Assembly (NCBI GenBank): GCA_965203175.1
Contig: OZ241867.1
Location: 5,088,001 to 5,152,000, forward strand
Source of the DNA: Candidatus Latescibacterota bacterium
Lineage (GTDB): Bacteria > Latescibacterota > UBA2968 > UBA8231
DNA: 64,000 nucleotides
Direction of reading: 5' to 3'
Below, one piece after another: positions 49,143 to 58,879 of the stretch. Made by a program: the position numbers and the translations under genes. The notes beneath the pieces were generated by a model. That model saw nothing but the letters and a program-made list of their open reading frames with translations, made no database searches and was not told where the DNA came from. The stretch's first letter is position 1. The number at the start of each line of letters is the position of its first letter.

Positions 49143-50135
49143 ATGACCACTTTCACCTATGAAGACTTCGACCGCCAACTCTGGGAACGAGAACTCGAAG
49201 ATTTCGTCCCCGCCACGGTTTACGACATGCACACGCACATGTGGTCTGAAGACCACCGAGGCTCCCTCACGGGTGCGCCTACCGGCCTGCGCGAGGAGAT
49301 CGACTATCAGGATCACCTCGACTGGGCGGCCAAACTCTACCCGGGCCGCGCCTTCCACATGCTGGTCTTGGGCACCCCAATGCCGGGCATGGACGCCGCC
49401 GGGCACAACGCCTGGATGGCAGCCCAGCTCGCCGCCGACCCCGAATCCGCAATCAACATGATGGTCACCCCGGACATGACGCCCGAATACGTAGCGGCCC
49501 AAGTTGATGAGTACGGTTTCCTCGGCCTCAAACCCTACCGCACCTTTGCCCCAGACCCGGTCGGCGCTCGCATCTGCGACTTCCTCCCGGAATCCCTCAT
49601 CGAAGTCGCCCACCACAAGAAGCTGGCCATCACCATGCACCTCGCCAAACCCACCGGCCCAGCCGACCCAGAAAACCAGCGCGACTTAGCGCGCTACACC
49701 CGCGAATACCCCAACGCGCAGTGGATTTTAGCCCACTGCGCCCGCTCGTTCAATTCCTTTATGATGGAAGAGGCCGTCCACTTCCTGTGCGATCTGCCCA
49801 ATATATGGTACGACACCTCAGCAGTGAACGACCTGTATGCGCACTATCTGCTGATGAAACACGAAGACCGCAAGCGGGTGATGTTCGGGTCGGACAACGT
49901 GGTCGCCGGCTGTGCACGCGGCAAATACATCACCTATGGCCGCGCTTGGCTGTTCTATCCTGGGGACGATTCCGGCACGCCGCACTGCGACTCGCGGGCC
50001 ACGCTCGTCATCTACGAGCAACTGCGCCAAGAGCGGCAAGTGGCCGAGATGCTGCAACTAACGCCCGCGGAAATCGAAGATCACTTTGCGGGAAATGCCC
50101 AGCGGTTCTTGGCGATGATGCGCGGCGGGAGCTAG
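49143..50135 (+). CDS. Amidohydrolase_2 family metallohydrolase
   Basis: DMHTH, GLKPY, MHL, ILAHC, WYDTS, VMFGSD. Confidence 0.88.
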   Translation: MTTFTYEDFDRQLWERELEDFVPATVYDMHTHMWSEDHRGSLTGAPTGLREEIDYQDHLDWAAKLYPGRAFHMLVLGTPMPGMDAAGHNAWMAAQLAADPESAINMMVTPDMTPEYVAAQVDEYGFLGLKPYRTFAPDPVGARICDFLPESLIEVAHHKKLAITMHLAKPTGPADPENQRDLARYTREYPNAQWILAHCARSFNSFMMEEAVHFLCDLPNIWYDTSAVNDLYAHYLLMKHEDRKRVMFGSDNVVAGCARGKYITYGRAWLFYPGDDSGTPHCDSRATLVIYEQLRQERQVAEMLQLTPAEIEDHFAGNAQRFLAMMRGGS

Positions 50136-50136
50136 G

Positions 50137-51360
50137 GTGTCACGACCCCTAAACGCCAAGGAATTCGCCGACGAAATCCAAGCCTTTGCGGATTTTGGCA
50201 AAGAGACGAACATCCTCGACTTTCCCGATCCGGCCGTTTCCATTCCGGTGTACGTCAACGAGTTCTGGACCGCCAAGCAGCGCGCCGCTCACTCGCTCCA
50301 CGAGGTCTCCTATCGCGCCTGTTTCAAGCCGCAATTGCCGAGGTTTTTCATTAGCCGCCTGACGCAACCCGGCGACGCAGTGTACGACCCGTTCATGGGG
50401 CGCGGCACCACCGTCCTCGAAGCAGCGCTGTTGGGCCGCCGCCCCATCGGCTGCGACATAAATCCTCTCAGCGAGCGCCTAGTCCGCCCTCGCCTAGATC
50501 CACCCACATGGAACGAGGTAGAAACGCGCTTGACGGCTCTGGACCTCGATAAATTGAGCGAGGTCTGGGACGATCTCCTCGTCTTTTATCACCCTAGTAC
50601 TCTCCGCCAAATCGTCAACCTGCGCTCTTACCTCCTCACACGCCTCCAAGAAGGGCCACTCGACCGTGTCGATGCGTGGATTCAGATGGTAGCGACCAAC
50701 CGCCTGACCGGGCACTCGCCGGGATTTTTCTCCGTATATACGCTGCCGCCTAATCAGGCGGTGTCCATCGAGTCGCAAAAACGCATCAACCAAAAACGCG
50801 CTCAAGTACCACCTGAACGCGACATAAAGGCCATCATCCTCCGCAAGACGAAATCCTTACTGAGCAAGCTGCAAGCATGCGACTTAAAAACGCTGACGGC
50901 GAATACCCCCCTGCTCATAACCGGCTCGTCCGACAATACCTCCGCCATCGCCAGTGAATCCATCCAACTCGCCGTTACCTCGCCGCCTTTTTTGGACATC
51001 GTCAACTACCAAGCAGACAACTGGCTGCGCTGCTGGTTTAACGGCATTGACGCCAAGGAGGTGGCTATATGGCAATTAAAAAAACCAGCGGACTGGCAAG
51101 CAGCAATGACCCGCACCTTCCGAGAGTTGCACCGGGTCCTCGCAAGCGGGGGCTTTGTTGCCTTTGAGGTGGGCGAGGTCCGCAATGGCAAAATCCTACT
51201 GGAAACCCTCGTCGTGCCCGCGGCTATGGAGGCTGGCCTCAAGCCGCTGATGGTCTTGGTCAACGATCAGATGTTCACCAAGACCGCAAACTGCTGGGGC
51301 GTGGACAACCGAACAAAAGGCACCAACACCAATCGGATCGTCCTGATCGGCAAGCCGTAG
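50137..51360 (+). CDS. Orphan amino-DNA methyltransferase (probably m4C; motif I precedes motif IV)
   Basis: VYDPFMGRGTT...GCDINP (motif I) and VTSPPF (motif IV); no nuclease gene adjacent. Confidence 0.9.
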   Translation: MSRPLNAKEFADEIQAFADFGKETNILDFPDPAVSIPVYVNEFWTAKQRAAHSLHEVSYRACFKPQLPRFFISRLTQPGDAVYDPFMGRGTTVLEAALLGRRPIGCDINPLSERLVRPRLDPPTWNEVETRLTALDLDKLSEVWDDLLVFYHPSTLRQIVNLRSYLLTRLQEGPLDRVDAWIQMVATNRLTGHSPGFFSVYTLPPNQAVSIESQKRINQKRAQVPPERDIKAIILRKTKSLLSKLQACDLKTLTANTPLLITGSSDNTSAIASESIQLAVTSPPFLDIVNYQADNWLRCWFNGIDAKEVAIWQLKKPADWQAAMTRTFRELHRVLASGGFVAFEVGEVRNGKILLETLVVPAAMEAGLKPLMVLVNDQMFTKTANCWGVDNRTKGTNTNRIVLIGKP

Positions 51361-51386
51361 AGGGATTGCCCCTAGCCCCCCATCCA

Positions 51387-51484
51387 CCCGCGGAAATCAA
51401 AGGCTTGTCCCTGCGAATAACAGGGATCACTTTGCCGGGAATGCCCAGCGGTTCTTGGCGATGATACGCGTACAGGGCGCCTAG
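51387..51484 (+). pseudogene. Remnant of the amidohydrolase 3' end (diverged copy of 50064-50135)
   Basis: Encodes DHFAGNAQRFLAMIRVQGA* versus DHFAGNAQRFLAMMRGGS*; the upstream CCCGCGGAAATC is also shared. Confidence 0.9.
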
Positions 51485-52058
51485 TCCCACACTCAGACAA
51501 TTGAGCGCATTGACACTGTTCAATCGCCCCTCGTGCTTTAGTCCTATAGTGAACAACCGTGCAGTCTTCGAGGGGAAATGTAATGTCACCGACCCTTAAA
51601 AGAGTCGGCTTTACCCTCAGCCGCTCTACCGCCGCCACTCGGCTTGTTGCGAGGGCTGGAGTATTCAGGACCTATTACGACCGCACCAGCGGCTTGGCAC
51701 CAAGAGCGTGGCCCTCTTGGCTGGCCCGCTCGGATACGCGGCCACAGCACAACCTATTCGTGCGTATCCTACCACGCTTGGACTCGCTGGCGTCAAGGTC
51801 TTGCCACCAAACGAAGACGAAGACGGCCCCGAAGGGGTCGCAAGCATGGGGTCTGAAGGTGGTGTGCTCACCTGCAGGTAATTTCAGGATTGAGCTGCAC
51901 CGCGTCCAATTAATTAAGCCTATAGAGTTAGAGGAAAAATCTATGGTAGGGTTCAACCGGCTCAGGGGCCGCCAACGCCTCGTGCATGGCCTGCCCATCC
52001 CCGGTTGAATCGCTAGCCCGCTGCCGACTAAAGATCGGCAGTCTCACGCGAGGTTTTT

Positions 52059-53618
52059 ATGAAATCTGTAGCAAATGTCTTACTGGCTCTGTGCCTGTTG
52101 CATCCGGCCCTGAGCTTGGGCGACGAACGCTCTGACCTTCAGCAGATACAAGATGTAGTACAGTGCTTCTACGAGGCGTGGAACCAGCAGGACTTCGTCG
52201 TCGCCGAAGGCCTGATCGGCGAGAGCGTCGTCGAGCTCGACATGCGCAGTCGCCAAGAGCCGCAGACCTGGCTTTTGCGCAAGGTGCAGTCCCGCGAGGA
52301 GTTCCTCGACGGAATCGTCGTCGAGTGGACCGGCGGCGACGCTTGGGACTACGACCCGGAAATCCACCAGTACATCAAGAAGGCCGAGTTTTTCGACATC
52401 CTCCTGTGGGGCGACCGGGCGATGGCCATCACGCAGGAGCACTTGGTGGGAGTGTCCGGCCCCGTCGGCGACGAGCAGTACAACGCCTGGTTGCTCGACC
52501 GAGCGGACGACGGCTGGAAGATCGCCGGCGTCCTTCACCAAGTACCTGCCGAGGAATACAAGACGGTCTCGGTCGAGCCACGCGGCGAGCAGCTTCGCGT
52601 CCGCATCTTCGTCGATGGCGGCGACGAACTATTCGCAGACAGCGAAGGCCTGTGGGTCGAGCACAGCTACGGTGCCCTGCCCGGGCGGCACGAGGACGGC
52701 GACGGCTTTTCGCCCGTCGAGGTCAATGGGGTGCGCTGGCAACCCATCTGGCAGGGCGACAAGACCCGCAAGGTGTATTTTGCCGACAGGGTCGCATGGC
52801 CTTCCGACGCGCAGTACCACCTAGTCAAACACGAAGCGCGCGACGTCGCGCAGTTGGAAAGGGAGCCTCAAGCGCCCGGCGACACCCTCAGCATCGTCTT
52901 CGCCGACCAAGACAGCGGTGCCGACTGGTACGACGTGGAGGTGCGTTGGGGAGACGAGGCAGCCGACCCGGGCGCAGGGCTGCCCGAGCCAAACCCGCCG
53001 AGCCGCGAGGACTTACTCCTTGAAGTCCTATTCGACGGCGAGATCCGCGACACCAGCCCGCATCAGCGCCCGCTCAAAAACGTCAAAGTAGTGTTCGCCG
53101 AGGACCGCACCGGCGACAAAAACGGTGCCGGTTATTTCGACGGCAAGGCCGTCGTCGATATCGAAGGCTTTTTGCTCGATGGCCCCTTCAGCGTCTCAAT
53201 TTGGGCCAAGTACGACGAGATCGAAACGCGCCCTTACTGGTGGAACAATTGCATCTGGGCGCAGGACGACGGCGGCGGGGTGCGCGTGTTCCAACTCAGT
53301 ACCCGAGGACGGCGAGTCACTTGGCACCGGATGCGCGACGACGACCTCCACGCCAAGCTCCTTTTGCGCCAAGGGCACTGGTACCATTTCGCAGCCGTCT
53401 TCGACGGAGATTACCACCGGCTCTTCGTCAATGGCGTGTTGCAGGAGCAGAAGCAAAGCGCGGTCAAAACCTCGCCCGATCAGCCCATCTACATTGGTGC
53501 GAAAAACCTCGACGAGACGGACTTCTTCTTCACCGGAACTTTAGACGACGCGCGGCTCTACGGCCGCGTGCTGACAACCGCGGAAATCAGTGCCCTGTAC
53601 CAGGGCTTAGCCGAATGA
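52059..53618 (+). CDS. Secreted multidomain protein: NTF2/SnoaL-like, unknown middle domain, LamG-like jelly roll
   Basis: Signal peptide; FYEAWNQQD...GWKIAG; FSVSIW, WYHFAAVFDG, LFVNG, IGA, FTGTLDDARLY.R.LT..EI. Confidence 0.85.
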   Translation: MKSVANVLLALCLLHPALSLGDERSDLQQIQDVVQCFYEAWNQQDFVVAEGLIGESVVELDMRSRQEPQTWLLRKVQSREEFLDGIVVEWTGGDAWDYDPEIHQYIKKAEFFDILLWGDRAMAITQEHLVGVSGPVGDEQYNAWLLDRADDGWKIAGVLHQVPAEEYKTVSVEPRGEQLRVRIFVDGGDELFADSEGLWVEHSYGALPGRHEDGDGFSPVEVNGVRWQPIWQGDKTRKVYFADRVAWPSDAQYHLVKHEARDVAQLEREPQAPGDTLSIVFADQDSGADWYDVEVRWGDEAADPGAGLPEPNPPSREDLLLEVLFDGEIRDTSPHQRPLKNVKVVFAEDRTGDKNGAGYFDGKAVVDIEGFLLDGPFSVSIWAKYDEIETRPYWWNNCIWAQDDGGGVRVFQLSTRGRRVTWHRMRDDDLHAKLLLRQGHWYHFAAVFDGDYHRLFVNGVLQEQKQSAVKTSPDQPIYIGAKNLDETDFFFTGTLDDARLYGRVLTTAEISALYQGLAE

Positions 53619-55555
53619 ACTTTACAGCGAGAAAGACCCACCTCATGCACAGGATGCAATCGTTAGTCTGCGTGTTATTGATCCTTATCGCCGCCGCAGT
53701 TCAGGGTAGAGAATGGCCCTATTACGCGGCCGACGCCCAGAGCAGCAAATACGCGCCCCTGTCGCAAATTGACGGCGACAACTTCGCCCGTTTGCAGGAG
53801 GTTTGGCGCTACGCGCCCTCGGATAGTGCAATCGCTGCGACCGAGGATATCTGGACCCGGTCGAACAAGGGCACTCCGCTGGTCATCGACGGCGTGCTCT
53901 ACTACGGGTCGCCGTTCAACGTCCTCTGCGCTATCGACCCGACAAGCGGCGAGGAGCTATGGACCTTCGATCCGCAGTCGTGGAAGGATCGGGGCGATTT
54001 CTGGGGCTTTGCGCGCGGCATCGCCTACTGGCAAAGCGGCGACAAGAAGCGCATCTTCTACGGCACCGCTTCCGACCGCCTCTACTCAATCGACATCGAG
54101 ACTGGCCAGCCCGACCCAGAGTTCGGCGCCGGCGGCTTCGTCGATCTAGGCAAGGGGCTGCGCCGCCGCATCGACCGCAGCCGCTACTGCATTACCTCAC
54201 CACCGATCATCTGCCGCGACGTGGTAGTAGTGGGTTCCGGCATCACCGACTGGCACGACCGGCCTCCTGCCAAATATTCCACCCCTGGCGACGTGCGCGG
54301 CTTCGACGCCCATACCGGCGAACAGGTTTGGACCTTCCAGACAGTGCCACAGGAGGGCGAGTACGGCAACGACACTTGGGAAAACGACGCCTATCAGACT
54401 TATGGCCAAGCCAATGTGTGGTCCGCAATGAGCGCCGACGACGAGCTGGGCTACGTGTACCTGCCCGTCAGCAGCACCACCCACAACCACTACGGCGGCG
54501 AGCGCCCCGGTGCCAATCTCTTCAGCCAAACGCTGGTCTGCCTCAAGGCGGCAACCGGCGAGCGCGTCTGGCACTACCAGTTCATCCACCACGGCCTGTG
54601 GAACTACGACCCGCCAGCACCGCCGGTACTAGCCGATGTAGAAGTACAAGGCAAAGCGATCAAGGCCCTAGCTTTGGTGAGCAAACAGGCCTTTTGCTAC
54701 GTATTAGACCGCACGACCGGCGAGCCAGTCTGGCCGATCGACGAGCGCAAGGTTCCCCAGTCGAAAACCCCAGGCGAGCAGAGCTGGCCGACCCAACCCT
54801 TTCCCAGCAAGCCCGCGCCCTACGACCGCCAGGGTCTACAGGAAGACGACCTGATCGACTTTACGCCCGAGCTACGGGAAAAGGCGCTGGCGATCCTGCA
54901 AAAATACGATCACGGCCCGCTATTTACCCCGCCCAGCGAAAAGGGCACGCTGGTATTACCCGGGGGCTTGGGCGGCTCGGACTGGAGCGGAGCGGCGCTG
55001 GTGCCGAAAAAGAACGTGCTCTACGTGCCTTCGCGCACTCGTCCCGACATCGTGCGGCTGGAAAAGGTGGAGGGCCTGCGCACCTTTTCGGACTATGCCT
55101 TCTTCAAGGACGACTCCGAATACGTCGATGGCCTACCGCTGACTAAGCCCCCCTACGGCCGGATCACCGCCATCGACTTGGACACTGGCGAGCACGTCTG
55201 GATGAGTCCGGTGGGCAAAGGACCAATCAACCACAAGGCCCTGCGCGACCTCGACCTGCCCGCTATGGGCTGGTTCCACTACAACTACGTACTCGCCACC
55301 GAGACCGTGCTAGTGGTGGTCTCGCAACGGCCCGGATGGTGGGGAGATGTCAGCGGCGACGCCTTTGTCGAGAATGGGCCTTACCTGCGCGCCTTCGACC
55401 TAGATACGGGCGCAGTGCTGGCCGAGATGGAATTCCCCGGCCAGCCCAACGGCAGTCCCATCAGTTATATGACTGACGGGCGTCAGTATATCGTATTCCC
55501 AATCAACAGCGACGATTGGGTGCCGCAGCTTTTGGCGCTGGCGTTGCCGGAGTGA
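53615..55555 (+). CDS. PQQ-dependent dehydrogenase (glucose/quinate DH-like, signal peptide instead of TM anchor), copy 1
   Basis: ATGA overlap with the LamG stop; TPLVIDGVLY, SADDELGYVYLP, HHGLWNYD, KPPYGRITAIDL, GRQYIV. Confidence 0.92.
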   Translation: MNFTARKTHLMHRMQSLVCVLLILIAAAVQGREWPYYAADAQSSKYAPLSQIDGDNFARLQEVWRYAPSDSAIAATEDIWTRSNKGTPLVIDGVLYYGSPFNVLCAIDPTSGEELWTFDPQSWKDRGDFWGFARGIAYWQSGDKKRIFYGTASDRLYSIDIETGQPDPEFGAGGFVDLGKGLRRRIDRSRYCITSPPIICRDVVVVGSGITDWHDRPPAKYSTPGDVRGFDAHTGEQVWTFQTVPQEGEYGNDTWENDAYQTYGQANVWSAMSADDELGYVYLPVSSTTHNHYGGERPGANLFSQTLVCLKAATGERVWHYQFIHHGLWNYDPPAPPVLADVEVQGKAIKALALVSKQAFCYVLDRTTGEPVWPIDERKVPQSKTPGEQSWPTQPFPSKPAPYDRQGLQEDDLIDFTPELREKALAILQKYDHGPLFTPPSEKGTLVLPGGLGGSDWSGAALVPKKNVLYVPSRTRPDIVRLEKVEGLRTFSDYAFFKDDSEYVDGLPLTKPPYGRITAIDLDTGEHVWMSPVGKGPINHKALRDLDLPAMGWFHYNYVLATETVLVVVSQRPGWWGDVSGDAFVENGPYLRAFDLDTGAVLAEMEFPGQPNGSPISYMTDGRQYIVFPINSDDWVPQLLALALPE

Positions 55556-55701
55556 AGGCTGCTCTAGCTACCTCACTCTGCCGTAGCACAGGACACGGCA
55601 AAAAGGTCGTCGTTTTAGTTTGACCCAAGTTCCAATGCTGCGTACTGTTGAATAGCCATTTACATTCCTAGTCCACTTTTCAATAGAAAGGATGGAAGCC
55701 A

Positions 55702-56022
55702 ATGGGTAAGTACATGTTTCGCTCGACGTACACGCAAGCTGGGCTTGCTGGTCTGCTGAAAGAAGGCGGCACGCGGCGACGGGAGGCATTAACTCAGACC
55801 ATTGAGGGAATGGGTGGCAGTGTGGAAGCGCTTTACTACGCCTTCGGAGAACCGGATCTCTACATAATTGCCGATCTTCCCGACGACGCTACGGCCGCAG
55901 CCGTGTCCATGGTCATCGGCAACGCCGGCGCGCTCGACATTAGCGTTACCGTACTGGTCACGCCGGAAACCATAGACGAGGCCATCGGCAAAAGCGTGCC
56001 CTACCGGCCCCCGGGAGCTTGA
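55702..56022 (+). CDS. GYD domain protein
   Basis: YTQAGLAGLL, GGSVEALYYAFGEPDLYIIADLPD. Confidence 0.88.
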   Translation: MGKYMFRSTYTQAGLAGLLKEGGTRRREALTQTIEGMGGSVEALYYAFGEPDLYIIADLPDDATAAAVSMVIGNAGALDISVTVLVTPETIDEAIGKSVPYRPPGA

Positions 56023-56058
56023 TACGCCGATCACTCCGGCTCGTGCCGTGTGATGTGA

Positions 56059-56092
56059 AGGCTCCGCCGAGTGTTGCTCGACGGAGCTTTTT
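56059..56092 (+). terminator. Intrinsic terminator after the GYD gene
   Basis: GCTCCG-CCGAG-loop-CTCG-ACGGAGC followed by TTTTT. Confidence 0.75.
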
Positions 56093-56203
56093 ATTGCATG
56101 ATTACCGCGATCGCTAGCATAAGACGAAATGGGATATTTTACCCTGATTTGAATTATACCCCCTCAGCTAATCACAACTCACCCTCTGCCTTCATATCAT
56201 CCC

Positions 56204-58099
56204 TTGTTAGTCTGCACATTATTGATCTTTGCCGCCGTTGCGGCCCAGGGCGAGGAATGGCCCTATTACGCGGCCGACGCCAAGAGCAGCAAATACGCGC
56301 CGCTGTCGCAGATTGACGGCGACAACTTCGCCCAGTTGCAGGAGGTTTGGCGCTACACGGCCCCCGACAAGGAAATCGCCGAGCGTCATTATATGTGGAC
56401 CGGTACCAACAAGGGCACCCCCCTAATGGTCGATGGCGTGCTCTACTACGGATCGCCTTTCAACATCCTCAGCGCCGTCGATCCGACCAGCGGCGAGGAG
56501 CTGTGGACCTTTGATCCGCAGGTATGGGAAAACTACGAAGGTTTCACGGGTATTCTGCGCGGCATCGCCTACTGGCAAAGCGGCGACAAGAAGCGCATCT
56601 TCTACGCCACCTCCACCGACCGTCTCTACTCAATCGACGTCGAGACTGGCCAGCCCGACCCAGAATTCGGCGCGGGCGGCTTCGCCGATCTAGGCAAGGG
56701 ACTGCGCCGCGACGTCGACCGTAAGCGCTACTGCGTCACCTCGGCACCAATCGTCTGTCGCAATGTAGTGGTAGTGGGTTCCGCCATCGTCGATTGGCAC
56801 GGCCAGTCTCCCCCCAAGTACTCCACCCCCGGCGACGTGCGCGGCTTTGACGCCCACACCGGTGAACAGGTGTGGGTCTTCCAGACAGTGCCACAGGAGG
56901 GCGAGCGCGGCAACGACACTTGGGAAAACGACGCGTGGCAGACCTTTGGCCAAGCCAATGTGTGGGCCGCGATGAGCGCCGATGACGAGCTCGGCTACGT
57001 GTACCTGCCCGTCAGCAGCACCACCCACAACCACTACGGCGGCGAGCGCCCCGGTGCCAACCTCTTCAGCCAGACGCTGGTCTGCCTAAAGGCGGCAACC
57101 GGAGAGCGCGTCTGGCACTACCAACTCATTCACCATGGCCTGTGGAACTACGATCCGCCGGCACCGCCGGTCTTGGCGGATATAAAAATACAAGGCAAAG
57201 CGATCAAAGCCTTGGCCCTAGTGAGTAAACAGGCCTTTTGCTATGTGCTCGACCGCACGACGGGCGAGCCGGTCTGGCCGATCAACGAGCGCGAGGTGCC
57301 CCAATCTAATGTCCCGGGCGAGCAAAGCTGGCCGACCCAGCCCTTCCCCAGCAAGCCCGCGCCCTACGACCGCCAGGGTCTACAGGAAGAAGACCTGATC
57401 GACTTCACGCCCGAGCTGAGAAAAAGGGCGCTGGCGATTCTCGAAAAATACGATCACGGCCCGCTATTTACTCCGCCCAGCGAAAAGGGCACGCTGGTAT
57501 TGCCTGGGGGTTTGGGCGGCGCGGATTGGAGCGGCGCGGCCCTGCTACCAAAAAAGAACGTGCTCTACATACCTTCGCGCACCGACGCCGATATCGTGTG
57601 GCTGGAAAAGGTGAGGAACCCGCGCGCCTTTTCGGCCTACGCATCCTTCAAGGGAAGTTCCGAATACGTCAATGGCCTACCACTGACTAAGCCCCCCTAC
57701 GGCCGAATTACCGCCATCGACTTGGACACCGGCGAGCACGTTTGGATGAGTCCAGTAGGCCAAGGGCCTGTCAACCACAGGGCCCTGCGCGACCTCGACC
57801 TACCCGCTATGGGCTGGTTCCACTACAACTTTATACTCGCCACCGAGACTGTGCTAGTGGTGGTCTCGCAGCAGCCCGATTGGTGGGGCGACCTCGGCGA
57901 CTTTAACTTCGTCGAGCAATCCCCCTATCTGCGCGCCTTCGACCTAGATACGGGCGCAGTGCTGGCCGAGATGGAATTCCCCGGCCAGCCCAACGGCAGT
58001 CCCATTAGCTATATGGCCGACGGGCGTCAGTATATTGTATTTCCAATCAATGACAACCGCGGGGTGCCGCAGCTAGTGGCGCTGGCGTTGCCGGAGTGA
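56204..58099 (+). CDS. PQQ-dependent dehydrogenase, copy 2
   Basis: Colinear close paralog of copy 1; TTG start without a clear RBS. Confidence 0.9.
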   Translation: MLVCTLLIFAAVAAQGEEWPYYAADAKSSKYAPLSQIDGDNFAQLQEVWRYTAPDKEIAERHYMWTGTNKGTPLMVDGVLYYGSPFNILSAVDPTSGEELWTFDPQVWENYEGFTGILRGIAYWQSGDKKRIFYATSTDRLYSIDVETGQPDPEFGAGGFADLGKGLRRDVDRKRYCVTSAPIVCRNVVVVGSAIVDWHGQSPPKYSTPGDVRGFDAHTGEQVWVFQTVPQEGERGNDTWENDAWQTFGQANVWAAMSADDELGYVYLPVSSTTHNHYGGERPGANLFSQTLVCLKAATGERVWHYQLIHHGLWNYDPPAPPVLADIKIQGKAIKALALVSKQAFCYVLDRTTGEPVWPINEREVPQSNVPGEQSWPTQPFPSKPAPYDRQGLQEEDLIDFTPELRKRALAILEKYDHGPLFTPPSEKGTLVLPGGLGGADWSGAALLPKKNVLYIPSRTDADIVWLEKVRNPRAFSAYASFKGSSEYVNGLPLTKPPYGRITAIDLDTGEHVWMSPVGQGPVNHRALRDLDLPAMGWFHYNFILATETVLVVVSQQPDWWGDLGDFNFVEQSPYLRAFDLDTGAVLAEMEFPGQPNGSPISYMADGRQYIVFPINDNRGVPQLVALALPE

Positions 58100-58174
58100 A
58101 GCCGGCTTGTAGTGTTGGCCTGTTAATAGAAATGATGTGTGAGCTTGGTTCCTAAAGGGGCACGGTCAGCTTGC

Positions 58175-58501
58175 TTATGCTCTGATACTAAGTCGGCCCT
58201 GCCGCTGTGAACGAGGCTCGCGGATGACGATTTCCACGTTACGTCCAAGCGCCGTCAACAGACGGAGAAGGCGCTCCACAGAGTACTCTCGAAAACTTCC
58301 CCGCAGAAGACGCGAAACATCAGGTTGGGACAATCCAAGCAACTTCGCCGCTTCGGCCTGCTTGAGTCCGCGCTGGCGAATGATCTTGTCAATGCGGGTG
58401 ACGAGTTCTGCTTTTAACAAGTGAGTCTCGGCGTCAGGATGTCCCAGGTCCGCGAATACGTTTCCGCTGCCGTGTTCGATTTTCATTTTTTTCGTCTTCA
58501 T
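58175..58501 (-). CDS. XRE/HTH antitoxin (HigA-like)
   Basis: GSGNVFADLG, LKQAEAAKLLGLSQPDVSRL, YSVERL. Confidence 0.9.
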   Translation of the reverse strand: MKTKKMKIEHGSGNVFADLGHPDAETHLLKAELVTRIDKIIRQRGLKQAEAAKLLGLSQPDVSRLLRGSFREYSVERLLRLLTALGRNVEIVIREPRSQRQGRLSIRA

Positions 58502-58505
58502 TGAT

Positions 58506-58874
58506 CTATCCCTCGCCATAGGTGTTCGCATAGTGCTGCTCTGCTGCCTTCAGCCTGTGCTTGACCAGATCAATCTCCTGCTTCGGTGTCGCAATACCTC
58601 GCTTGGCCTTCTTCTGGAAGGCATGTAGGACATAGACGGCTGCCTTAAAACGGACTGTGTACACCGTCCGATAGGTGTCACCATCTTGGCGTGAGATTAC
58701 CTCCAACACATTGGCACCCAATCCTTTAAGCGGTTTGGTGGTGCGATGTTTGAGTCCAACTTGGGCCTGATACAAAGCAAAGCCGACTTGATCCTGTACG
58801 GCGTCTGGAAACTTCTTCAGGTCTTCTCTACTTGAGCCAACCCATTCAACAGGCTTCAGTATCTCTATGGCCAT
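58506..58874 (-). CDS. RelE/ParE-superfamily toxin (Gp49/HigB-like)
   Basis: WVGSSREDL..FP, KPLKGLG..VLE, YRTVY, VYVLHAFQKK; lies upstream of the antitoxin. Confidence 0.9.
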   Translation of the reverse strand: MAIEILKPVEWVGSSREDLKKFPDAVQDQVGFALYQAQVGLKHRTTKPLKGLGANVLEVISRQDGDTYRTVYTVRFKAAVYVLHAFQKKAKRGIATPKQEIDLVKHRLKAAEQHYANTYGEG

Positions 58875-58879
58875 ATCTA

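Noticed and set aside
35838-51360. HsdR-N nuclease and DNA methyltransferase as one restriction-modification system
   Set aside because: They are over 13 kb apart, sit in separate insertion contexts, and there is no HsdS or helicase.
51871-51917. CCTGCAGG and TTAATTAA 8-bp palindromes close together, suggesting vector sequence
   Set aside because: No other polylinker or vector features are present; compatible with chance.
53201-53614. N-terminal extension of the 784-aa PQQ ORF
   Set aside because: It overlaps the LamG gene out of frame, is Arg/Ala-rich, and is absent from the paralog.
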